From Phaeosaccion multiseriatum (taxonomy: Eukaryota > Protista > Ochrophyta, other classes): 64,000 nucleotides of DNA. Where the stretch lies: NCBI GenBank assembly GCA_965112735.1, contig OZ218959.1, positions 2,170,001-2,234,000 on the forward strand, in the 5' to 3' direction. Positions within the stretch are counted from its first letter, which is position 1. Each line of letters starts with the position of its first letter. The notes beneath the pieces were generated by a model. It ran no database searches, had not been told where the DNA came from, and worked only from the letters and a program-made list of their open reading frames with translations. Shown here in pieces: positions 52,064-64,000 of this stretch. The translations under genes were made by a program, and so were the position numbers.

Positions 52064-55000
52064 GCATGGAGCGTAGGCAGGCGAGGGCGTACTCGTGATT
52101 GGCAACCTTCGCATAACACTTGAGCAGCACTCCGTACGTCGCTGCACTCGCCCGCAGGCCCTCCTCCTCCATGAGTCGGAGCAAGCGGTCAAGGTTGGCC
52201 ATGACATCGGCCTGGGAGGTCCCAGCCGCAGCGCTGCATGCGTTGATGGCCACGTTGAAGGAGGTAAGGTCCCTCACCACACCTCCGTAGTCGCGCATGC
52301 GGCCAAAGAGACTCAGGGCTGTCCGCCAGTCCCCCTGGGCGCGGTAGGCGTCCATGGCTTTGGTGAAGGGCTTGGCCGTTACGGGATCGCCACGGGCGGT
52401 TACGGTTTGGTACATTTGGGCAAAGAGCCCGGCCACCTTAGAAGGTTCGAGTCTCGCATTGATGTACGAGACAATAACCCCGCTGTACGAGCTCTCGTCC
52501 TCCGGAAGCTGAAGCTCTCGCATACGATCGAGGAGCGCCAGCGCCACATCTGCCTTGCCAGCCACCGCGCAGGCCGCAATGGCGTTGTTGTAGCACCGCA
52601 CGCGAAGGCTGGCATCGTTCTCCTCCGCCCTGCTCGGTTTCCGCCCTGTCATGCCGCCCTTCCCTTTGCTGCTACTCCCACCGCTCCCGCCTCCTTCTTG
52701 CTTCCTGCGAGACTGGCGGCGGAAGCGCTGCTGACGGCCGCCCGAGGGGTGGGTCACTCCTGCTCCTGCTCCTCCCCGCCCCCCACCCCCTTCTCCTTCT
52801 TCTTCTTCTCCTCCTCCTCCTCCATCCAGCTCGAGCAACGCCTCAACCACCCCCTCCCCGACGACCCCCCCGGGGGGCACTCCTCCTGCCAACAGATGCA
52901 AATCCCTCCGTGCGGCGGCTTTGCGCTCTTCCTTGGCATGGACCTGGGCCTGGGCACAAGCAATGTCCTCCTCCATTCGATTGATGAGCTGTAACGCCTC
53001 TAGCCACTTACCACCCCTCTTGCAAGTGGTGAGGGCGCTGAAGAAGCACTGCACCGTTGGCTGCACGGCGGCTTTCACCACCACCACCTCCTCCTCCTCC
53101 TCCTCCTCCTCCTCCTCCGTGGATGACGAGGAGCAAGAGGATGATGCCTCGCTCCCAGAGACAGAGGAGGAGGAACCTGTGGTGTCTGTGCCGGTGGTCC
53201 TCTCCTTCTCCTCCCTTCTCATGTCGTGAAGAAGGTCGATGGTAACGGTCCATCCCTCGGCGGGGTTCGCCATCTGTGAGGCGGCGTACAACCCACATGT
53301 GTAGCTCACGAGGTCGGGCTGCACGTGCCACTCCTTCATCATTTGCATGAGCTTCGTGACAAGCTTCCAGCGCCGGCCTGTTGTATGAGGGGAGGGACGG
53401 GGGTAGGGTAAGCAGGCAGAGTACACGGATGGGGCATCGGGCATACAAGTATTCAAGAGAGTGACGTGGATTAGTGACGGAGCAACTGTCTAACCTCACT
53501 AAAAGTCACTCACTCACTCACTCACTCACTCACTCACTCACTCGGTCACGCCCTCACACCCTCACCTCTGACGGCGGCGTTGATGACGGTGTTGTAGCTA
53601 ATGACGTCGGCAATGCCCCTCCTCTGCATGCCGCCAAGCATATGCACGCTCTCCCTCCACTTGCGTCCCTGTGCGAGAGCGGCCATGACGGAGTTGCAGC
53701 ACACAACGTTTGGCTCCAGGCCCCTCTGCTCCATGTCCTGCAAAGTCGCCATCGCGGCTTCCCAAGCACCGCCTCGGGCACACGCGTCGAGACACACTCC
53801 TGTGAAGGGAGGAGGGGAGGAGAGGGAGGAGAGGGAGGGAGGGAGGGAGGGGAGGAGGGGAGGAGAGGGAGGGAGGGAGGGAGGGAGGGAAGGAGGGAGG
53901 GAGGGGAGGAGGGGAGGAGAGGGAGGGAGGGAGGGAGGAGGGGAGGAGAGGGAGGAGAGGGAGGGAGGGAGGGAGGGGAGGGAGGGGAGGAGGGGGAGGG
54001 AGGAAGGGAGGGAGGGAAGGGCGATTAGTGTTGCTTTCTTTTGGGCAGGGAAGAAGACACATGTTGTGTGTGTGAAATGAATCAAACAGCTGGCTTGCGT
54101 GTGTCAGTGTTTGTTGTTTGGTTTTGTGTAGTACCATGGAAAAAAAAAGCCATCAGATAGAATGGAAAAAAAGTTTTGATATCAGGGCGGAGCAGCGTCC
54201 CCCCGGGATAACCCCGGTGGGCAATAGAGCTCCGCGACTCATTTGACGCGCATGAGCAAGTTATCCTCACTTGGCTTTTAACAAACACAACCCACAAACC
54301 CCCCTCCCCTCCACACACACACACACACACACACACCGTAGGCAATCATGTCGGGCTCCATGTTTGGGTCTTTCGAAGTGTGCATGACATCAAGCAGGCT
54401 CAGCGCGCGTCGCCAGTCGCCGACCCGGGCCAGGCACGTGAGGGCGGCGGTGTACGTCACCGCATTGGGCTGTATCCCAACCACGGCCATCTCCTGCAAC
54501 AGAGCCAGTGCCTGTCGGTTGGTCACGCGCGTGAGTGTATGTGGGGGTGAAGGGCGGCCAAGGTGAGGTGAGGGGGCAAGAGGGAGGGAGAGAGTGAGTG
54601 GGTGTAACGAAAGCTGCAAAGGGGGGCTGGTCTGATCCGTTGTAAGATGCAGGAGGGTGGGTGGGTGGCTCGGTGAAAGCGAGATTTTTCATCAATATAT
54701 GTGACAGAAAGTCTGGTGCCGGTTGTATCGTCATTGCCAGTTTGAGGTGTGGTAAAGTAAAAGCCTACAATACTACTACTATGATCAAGTGCGAAAAATT
54801 CGCAGCCCTTTCAAGGGAAGGAAGGGCTAAGTAGCAGTACGATAGTAAAGTAGTAGGATAAAGCACTCACCCTCTTCGGTTGATTGCACCTGCCCAGCGC
54901 AGTGATGGCGGCTCCGTAGGCGTACAGACCAATACCCTGTCCCGGCGTGTTCCTCATTTTATCCAGCAGCACGAGTATTTCCTTCCATTGCTTCTTGTGC

Positions 55001-55770
55001 CCCATCCGCCGAAGCTGCTTGACGAGCTCGTACTGCTCCTGCTGGTACGCCTTCTCCTCCAAGTCCACCTTCACATCCTCCTCTTCCTTCTCTTCCTCGT
55101 CCTTCAATTCCCTCTCTTGAAGTGGCCGAGAGCGCAAGTGCGGTGCAATGACATCCGGGGAGTAGCCCGAGATGGCCGTACTCGCACCCAAGCTGTACGG
55201 GGAGTCTCCGTTCACCACGGAGGACTGCAGCACTGGACTCCGTCTGCCATTCCTGCCATTCCTGCCACCACCACTACTGCCGCTGTTGGGAAAAGCTGGC
55301 CGCCGCTCATATTGCTGCTGCTGGTCGGGGCGTTCCTGGTGGTAGATGTAATGGGCAGTGGCTGGTCGCATTTTGTCAACCTCCTGTCGCGGCTGCTGCC
55401 CGCTGCCAGTGGCATCGACCGCGCCACTCCTAATGCTCCCGACACTAGCTCTGCGAGCGTTCAGCGCCGGTCTAGGGGCCTGAGAGGGTGTTGGTGAGAC
55501 CAGGAATGCCTCTGCCGTGAGGGGCTGGCTTGACCTCGAGGCCACCAGCGAAATTGCGCCCAACGTCCATGCCAGAGGGTGCTCCACACGGGGCCTTCGG
55601 TAGCTTCGCCGGGCAGGTCTTCGCACGCAGCCCTCTCGGACATGGTTGCTGTTGCCGCCCCCCCCGTCGCTGCTCCTCGTGGTACTCCTGTTTCTTCCTT
55701 GCCTCGTCTCTCCCGTTTGAGAGGCTCTGGGTTGAAGAGCCTCTTCCATCTTCTCTGTCAAGGGCTCCAT
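51564..55770 (-). CDS. Pentatricopeptide-repeat (PPR) protein, probably plastid-targeted
   Basis: Approximate exons: 55770-54871, 54513-54337, 53802-53566, 53378-52063 and 51801-51564. Many 35-aa PPR motifs are present (PNAVTYTAALTCLARVGDWRRALSLLDVM, PNVVCCNSVMAALAQGRKW, DLTSFNVAINAC, PDVRHYTSAIWAC). The 3' end is uncertain. Confidence 0.9.
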
Positions 55771-56094
55771 GCGTAGCGAGAGCGTCCCAAGCGCTTTACA
55801 TTCTCTCCTATGTCCAGTGGAGTACGTGGGAGGTCTTTCCCGCCCCCTCCCTTATTGTCTTCTTTATGTGGGGTATTTTGTGTGGTGAAGGGGTGCTCGT
55901 TTCAGCCGTGGAAACCGGGAGGCCGTAGGAGAGCTGAAATGAGAAACTTTTTAGCGAGGTCGCGTCTTTCTTCTCTTGCCCCCCCTATCTTCTTACCTCC
56001 CCTCCACCAGTCTAAGCTGCTCTCTTTCCCTGAGACTTTGTGGGAAGGAAGACAAAGAAAAAAGAAACCCGCGGCGTAGGTCTTAGTGCTTAGT

Positions 56095-57335
56095 ATGGCG
56101 TCAGACATGAGCAGCCGGCGGCTGCGGAAGGAGTACATGTCTATGCTCAAGAGCCCTGTGGAGAACATCGAGGCTCATCCATTAGAAAAGAACATTTTAG
56201 AGTGGCACTACGTGATCACCGGCACGAAGGGCACCCCTTACGAAGGCGGATACTACCATGGAAAGGTACGAGGATGAGGGATAAGTCAAGCCCGATGCAC
56301 CCGATACGCGGATCAACTCTCTCCGGTGATCATGGCTCACAGGCGCCAAAGGAAAAGGATAGCGGGCATCTACGCGTCTCTCTGTCCCTCCTGTCTCCAC
56401 TCCCTTCCTCCCTCCCGGTGTCTCCCTCGCTCCCTCTCTAAGCCCCACCCCCCTTCCTCTCTTCTTCTCCCCTCCCCTCTCTCCCTCCGCTCCCTTGGCC
56501 CCCCCCAACAGCTGCGCTTCCCTCCTGAGTACCCCATGAAGCCGCCCTCCGTGCTCATGCTCACCCCCAACGGACGCTTCGAGTGTAACCGACGCCTGTG
56601 CCTCAGCATGAGCGACTTCCACCCCGAGTCCTGGAACCCCATGTGGTCCGTGGGGACCATCCTCACCGGCCTCTACAGCTTTATGCTCGACAAGGCATCG
56701 ACGCTGGGCAGTATCCAAACCTCGGTGGAGCAAAAGAGGAGATACGCACAGACCACGCTGGTATTCAACAGTAAAGATAGGTGAGGTAGGGTCAGGGTAC
56801 GCAGTCGTGCACAGAGAGAGTCCGGCCCCCCTCCTTCCCGTTCTCCGTCTAAACACAGGCTGCACTACTGCTTGCCCATGTGCACGGTGAATCTGACTAT
56901 AGCGCCAAAGGGAACTAAGCCCCGTCCTCCGTCTGATCCTCCTTCTCTTCCCATGCCCCCCCTCCCTCCTCCTCCTTCTCCTCCTCCTCCTCCTCCTCCT
57001 CCTCCTCCTCTTCTGCTACACCCCAAACGTATGTTATGTGTAGGCATTTCCGCGAGCTGTTCCCAAAGCTCATGGATCTGCATATGCAGCAGGAGCGGGA
57101 GCGAACAAAAAGGGAAGAGGCGCAGGACATAGGGGTAGGAGGGACGGGGGCAGGGTCAGGGTCAGGGTCAGGGTCAGGTACAAGAAAACGAGCGGCGGGG
57201 GTGGGGCAGGAGGGGGCGCGAAGAACAGGGTCGACGGGGTCGTCGAAGGAGGGAGAAATGGGAATAGTAGGGATTGCCCTGCTGGTGACCGTCGCTCTCG
57301 CGGTGCTCTCTCTTGTATTGTCCTCTCTCGTGTAG
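56095..57335 (+). CDS. UBC6: Tail-anchored ER ubiquitin-conjugating enzyme (Ubc6/UBE2J2-like)
   Basis: Exons 56095-56265, 56512-56780 and 57044-57335. Motifs: NILEWHYVI, GTPYEGGYYHGKL, TPNGRF..NRRLCLSMSDFHPESWNP, plus a C-terminal hydrophobic anchor. Confidence 0.95.
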
Positions 57336-57473
57336 TGTTTGCCCCCCCCCCCCCCCTGTTCTGCCTACCATCGCCTATCTATCTGCTACTTACCTAATCA
57401 ATCGCCGGAAAGAGTGTAAATATTACTACTTTCTTGTGGCTGATCCGTGTCGTGTGTGGGCGCACGAAAGACG

Positions 57474-57530
<57 letters not shown>

Positions 57531-58250
57531 CGTACATTTGTGTACCCAGAGGAGGGAGCCCACTGGAATCATCTTTCCGTGCGATGCAAGGGTGTACATC
57601 CATTGCCATCCCATCCCGTCCCACCCGACCGACCCGACCCGACCCCGTCAGATGAAAAGCAAGCGCACCAGCGAGGATGGCAGTCCATGGTGAGCCCCAC
57701 AGCAGATGGGGAGCACGCTGTTCCGTTGGGGCAAACCCCCCTTCAGCTTCGATGTCGACTCCAATTCGGTGTTCGACATTGATAAAGGCCACATAAACTG
57801 AACAAAGAAAATTGAGATGGAGGAGCACGACAAAAGCGGAAGCATGGACTACCATAGGCTGCCATAGGCTGGGTTCGCTTGGACACGGGACGTTCTGTGG
57901 AAGGATGTTTTTGAATCGTTTGGGTGGTGATGAGTGGGGTCCGAATACGCGGGGGGAGGGGTGGTGCCACCATCTCAGGGGTGCTTGCTTCAAGGGAGGG
58001 AGAGAGACAGAGACGGAGAGAGGAAGAGGGGGTGACACCTCTAGGGAGAGAGAGGGACCGATGGAGAGAGAGACAGACAGACAGACAGAAAAGGGGGGTG
58101 AAACGGCTGCCTCAGAGGTGCAGGCGTTTGTGTGTTTGCTCTCAAGGTCTTATTATGCGCTCAGAAGAGCGTTTCTCAAAGACAGGGCGGGGGCTCGGCT
58201 TGGCTTGACCTCTCATCAGAGAGCCAATAGACACCATCAATAGACGACAG

Positions 58251-59414
<1,164 letters not shown>

Positions 59415-60562
59415 GTTTGGTGCTGTGTGCGGTAGTGGCAGCGAGGCGCAGATTTAAAGTGCTTAAATCTGCGGTAACCTGTCAAGGAAGAGGAGAGGGG
59501 AAGGGGGGGGGGTAGGGTAGGGGGAGAGAAAGAAACTGTTGAGCAGGAAGGAGTGTGGGGGAAAGGAGAGAGGAGGGATCCTGCGTCTCATGGGTTGGGA
59601 GCGCTCCGCGCACACAAGAGTCTGAGTCTCAAATCACTATCTGTCCAGGCATCGTGGGATATTCCCTTGTCCTTGTCTGCCCCCCCTACCCTCTTTCCTT
59701 TGCCTCCTCCAATCCTCCCCCCCTGTGCTGTCTTTCCTGACGCGTATCGCTGGGACTGCTCAGGGCGTCGCTCAGGGCGTCGTATTCCTCTTCAAGCCCT
59801 CGCATCACAAGGGGTCCTGTTGTCGCTTTATCGCTGTTACTCTCTTCCTTCCCTGAGGCTCACCTGACTGTCAAACACACACGAGAGCTGTGGCGCCACA
59901 AAAGGGGCAGCCCTCGTGCCCATATGCCTTAACCCTACTTTTAAAGTAGATCGATTTTCAGTTGACCCCAAAACCCCCTCTCCCCAATCCAATCCACTTT
60001 ACACAATACCTTTCGTTCACGAACAACACAGTCAATCACTACAGCAGGTATGAGGAAGGGGGGGGCTCGAGTGATGCCTGCATCGTCGCTAATGACACCA
60101 ACTTGTTCAAGGAAGAAGCACGTGCCCCATTGCAACAGAAAATATGTTGGAACGAGCTGGGTTGAAGTAGTGCCCTTCGTGGGGGAGTAGATGCAGCAGC
60201 GACGCTCAACTGCAGAGCCTCGTGTGTGTAGGAACTGCAGTCCACTTTCCGACTCAGTGTATTCGGGCAGCCGCTGCGGTAGACGCTGGGGCCGGGGTGA
60301 GAGACGGCGAAAGAAAGGAACTTTCTCGCCTCTTTCCTCGCTTACGTGCTCCTACTCTCTCTTGTTGTGTGGCATCTGTCGAATACTGCTCCTCTCCCAC
60401 GGCCACGACGCCGCCCCCAACTCAGCTTTGCGCCCTCTAAGCTCTCCGCCCTTGTTCCCTTGGCTGCAGGCGCATACATAAAAGGAAAAGACGGGAGAAA
60501 ATCTTGCCGAACAGTCTTTCCGCCGTCCTTCGTAAGTAAGCCAAGCCAAGCACCTGAGCAGC

Positions 60563-61451
60563 ATGCAGAGCGCAAGCCCCAGCACCAAAGGGAACGAGGC
60601 GGAGGCCAGGCACGTGAGCAAGGAAGACAACGCGAGGGGCAACGAGCGTCGCATCGCCCACCACAAGTCCATCCCGCACGGCGGGAACAAAAGCACCAAG
60701 AACGAGAGGAAGAGCCATAAGAGTGCGCCCGGTGCGGGGAATGCCGTCAGGCCAAAGGTGAGTGAGGGAAGTGGGTTGGAGTGTGGGCTTTTGTCTTTCG
60801 GTTGAATGGGGGGAGACCGAGAGGGAAGGGGGAGGGAAGAGGATCGGGGGGAAGGGCGCTCGAACCCGTCCATCCTTGGTTGCGAGGGGGCAAAGAAGCG
60901 GGCGGAGCTCATGGTAAATGATGGGATTATTATTATTCCATACGCACGCGATACTTTGATTTTGACACTCGCTCCCACCACCTCTGCCGGCGCTGCTGAT
61001 GCTGATGCTTTGCCCTCCATTGTGCCCATTTGCAGAGGAACGGCTCCGGTGCGTACAACTGGGGCTCCACCGCCGACGAGCCCGATGCGGAAATGGAGGG
61101 GCAGCTAGACGCGCAGAGGGAGCTCAAGGCGGTAAGTGTAATGTCGCTTGGCTTTGGCTTTCGTTGGTGCTGTGCCGTTGTGCTCTCCTGCTCCTCCTCC
61201 TCCTCCTCCTCCTCCTCCTCTCGTCGTTGTTGATGTATGATTTCTATTTCAGAGGGGGAGGGTGGGGGGTGGTTGGGGCTTCGGTTGCTGGGCGTTGGCT
61301 TTTGACTTGGTAGAGAGCTGTCCGGTGTGAGGCAGCTAGCGTGTTTGTTGTAGGTGCGGCCTTTCGGGTATGGCCTTTCGGCTTTCTCTCATCATTGTGC
61401 CCCCAACTGTCTTTCATTCCGTGGTTTGTGATGACACAACAGGAAGCGTGA
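60563..61451 (+). CDS. Small basic disordered protein (99 aa) with an Stm1/SERBP1/HABP4-type KRNGSGAYNWGS motif
   Basis: Exons 60563-60757, 61036-61131 and 61443-61451 splice in frame. The ERKS..GAG..PKRNGSGAYNWGS motif is formed across the first junction. Confidence 0.7.
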
Positions 61452-61968
61452 AGGATTCACGTCACGAATGTACCTAAGAGAGGACGAGGAGGGAAGCATA
61501 TTTATGTTTGTATCGATGGGGGAAGAGGGGGTGGGATGGAATCACGGAGGCAAGATGAGAGACGGCTTAGGCCCTCCTAACAGAAGGGGGGTTACTTGAC
61601 GTACATACGAGTGGGGCATAAGAAGCTCGCTCAGCGGTGAAAGCTGTGCAAAGAGGGGGCAAGGGAAGGGAAGGGAAGGGAAGGGAATATCAAAGGGGAG
61701 GGTCATTACATGAAAATAATGTTTAAACAGGGAGAATGCTTTATACATGAGTGAACTTTATGTCTACGTAGAGTCTGCGAGGCTGACGGGGCCTTCGTCG
61801 GCCCCTGACAAGGTTCTGAGGCGACACAGGCAGGCCACAACCTGGAACCTGGCTGGCCCGCTGGCGAGGCTTGGCAGAGCTGCCTTCGCCCTCATCATTG
61901 CCTTATTACTAAGGAGGGGCGTCACCACGAACTGGCTGGTGTCGAGGGTTGTCAACGAATCGCAGACA

Positions 61969-62250
61969 TCGGCTCCAGGCGAGGTTTCTCGGGCTTTAGG
62001 CTTCTGGGCCGTAGCCCCCTCCAGGCTTCGGGCTTCTGGCCGCAGGCCAGCGCAGGCTTCTGGCCGCAGCCAGGCCAGTGGTCAGGCTTCAGGCTTCTCA
62101 GGCTGGGAGAAAAATGGGGGACTTGGCAGGCTTTTCGCTACTTTCTGCAGGCTTCTGGCCGCAGGCCAACCGTAGGCTTCTTACTTTCGGCCGCAGGCCG
62201 CCGCAGGCTTCTGCTTTATCGGGGGCCCGAGAAACCTCGCCTGGAGCCGA
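61969..62250. mobile_element. Non-autonomous TIR element (MITE), 282 bp
   Basis: Perfect 26-bp terminal inverted repeats TCGGCTCCAGGCGAGGTTTCTCGGGC (61969-61994 and 62225-62250). They are flanked by the direct repeat CAGACA (61963-61968 and 62251-62256). Internal AGGCTTCTGGCCGCAGGCC-type repeats are present. Confidence 0.88.
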
Positions 62251-62558
62251 CAGACACAAAATCGAACAAAAGTCAGCCATCCAGTCAATGGCGACCGCCC
62301 TCCATACAACCAACTCGTTACTCTGGCGTTTTCAATTCCTGCTTTGCCCCCTCCTTTTGTGTGTTGATTTCCCGGACCAACTTTTTTCGTGGGTAATTAT
62401 CAAGGACAGGGACACGCTTGTTGAGGAGTGTAGCGCCACTGCAAGGCTCACGAGGAAAGTTGGGCGTTTCTCTGGAAGGCTTAAGGGGCAAGAGAGGTAG
62501 AAGGGTGAGAGGAGAGAACACGAGCGGCGCAGCACGTTTGTTTGTTTGCTTGTTTGAT

Positions 62559-63286
62559 ATGTGTCGATCTCCGTCTGTGCCGCAAGTCGGGGCGGCATCT
62601 GCTCGAGTAATGTCTGTGATAGGTCTTATGTGGGCGTCCGCGGCAGCATTGCCCAACGTCCAAGTAGAAGCAGCAGTAGTGGCAGCAGTGGGTGAGGCAA
62701 AGCCTTGGAGGCAAGAGAACAGAGGGACTGTGCAAGCTTGGCAGAGGAGTGGGCGGGGTAAGAGCGAGCGAGTCTTTCCTGTATGGGGTGGGCGGCGGGT
62801 ATATCCTGGTCGGGGTGCAGCAAGGAAAGATCAGCGGCAACAGCAGCAGCAACAGTCGCGAGCAAGTTCGGGAGCGACGAAGCGGAGGAGGACGAGAGCG
62901 AGGAGCGTGGTCTCGGAGGGCGAAGCAACGAGGGAGACGGGGAACGATCAACCGCAGGGGCAGCCACAGGGGGTCCAAGAAGAAGAGCAACAAGAAGGAC
63001 AAGAGCAGAGCCGCCGAGTAGTACAACAGCCTAGTGACCATGCCTACACCCTGGCTCAAAGCCTCCGGGGGGGGAAGAGTGATTTCTTGTGGTTCTGGCG
63101 GAGCAGCAACCCCAAGAGCTCCGTGGCCACCTCCATTTTCAACCTCGTCAACAATGTGGCGGGGGCAGGCATGCTCACTCTCTCTGCAGGTGCGAAGCTT
63201 GCTGCTTGTGGCAAGGGGAGAGAAGAGCAGAACAGAACGTATACACAGATATAGGTGGAAGTGAGTTGGGCGGGCGGGCGGGCGGG

Positions 63287-63345
<59 letters not shown>

Positions 63346-64000
63346 GATGTTTTCGTTGTTTGTTGTTGTTGTTGTTCGTGTGGGGTGATGGTGGTGGTGT
63401 TCCACACTCTCATCTGCTGTCGTCTCTCGGGCCGTCCGTTTTTTTCAAAGCCCTCGCAAGCCAAATGCATGTCGTACATGCTCAACCAAAACCCACACTG
63501 ACCCTCCAGCCCACTCACCCATCATCAACCCCCCATCCTCCTTACTCCCTCTGTACTGCCTACCACCCACTCACCAGGCATGGCGGCAGGCACCGGCCCT
63601 CTTGCTGCACTTTGCATCTGCGTGTTCCTCGGCGTCGCCAGTGCGTACACATTCAGCCTAGTGGGGTACACCTGCCACGCCACAGGGCACAAGTCCTTCC
63701 AGAGGATGTGGGCACACGCGTTGGGCCGCAGGTACGGGGGGGTCGCAAGCAGGATGGCAGTGGATGGGGTGTCTGTGTGTGTGTGTGGGGGGGGGGGGGG
63801 GGGGGGTAAAGCGACGAATCAATGAAGAGGGGCCCCTGTCTGTCTTGGGATGACAACGTCGAGCGGATCAACCAACCAGCCACCAAACCAACTAACCAAC
63901 CAAGCAACCAACCAAGCCAACTCTCCCTCCCTTCCTCCCTCCCTCCCTCCCTCCCTCCCTCCCTGCCCTCAGGTCTGCCTGGGCCCTGGAGCTGGGCATA
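62559..64000 (+). CDS. Amino-acid transporter (Aa_trans/SLC38-like), runs off the window
   Basis: Approximate exons: 62559-63189, 63578-63731 and 63973->end. KSSVATSIFNLVNNVAGAGMLTLSAGMAAGTG matches TM1 of the AAAP family. A long N-terminal extension precedes it. Confidence 0.85.

Noticed and set aside
57650-57920. Coding-looking patch between UBC6 and RPS20
   Set aside because: There is no consistent frame, splice structure or motif, so it cannot be supported as a gene.
59715-59830. TGATGC...CTGA pattern in the RPS20 5'UTR intron
   Set aside because: There is no terminal stem or recognisable rRNA guide, and the CTGA copies come from a small tandem duplication.

Overview
Gene-dense, intron-rich eukaryotic nuclear DNA. 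It is most likely from a photosynthetic stramenopile (ochrophyte), inferred from signal-peptide plus 'A-F' bipartite plastid presequences on nitrite reductase and a PPR protein. All introns I traced are GT-AG and are packed with microsatellites. Fourteen protein-coding genes can be assembled by hand: a SNF2/ATRX-like helicase (cut by the left edge), a multi-PH/PDZ-like/EF-hand protein, an FNIP-repeat protein, IMPDH, ribonucleotide reductase R2, ferredoxin-nitrite reductase, a ~33-exon giant coiled-coil protein, ERD2, NPRL2, a PPR protein, UBC6/UBE2J, RPS20, a 99-aa Stm1/SERBP1-motif protein and an amino-acid transporter (cut by the right edge). There is also an intronic C/D snoRNA (SNORD52/snR78-like) and a 282-bp MITE. 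The most unusual signal is a dispersed DNA motif, GTATCACCAAC(TGC). I counted 14 exact copies in introns, exons (several reading frames) and intergenic DNA, and its orientation largely tracks intron versus exon position. The second signal is a recurrent intron architecture with G/purine-rich 5' halves and complementary C/pyrimidine-rich 3' halves. Exon boundaries were read by eye and no database searches were run.
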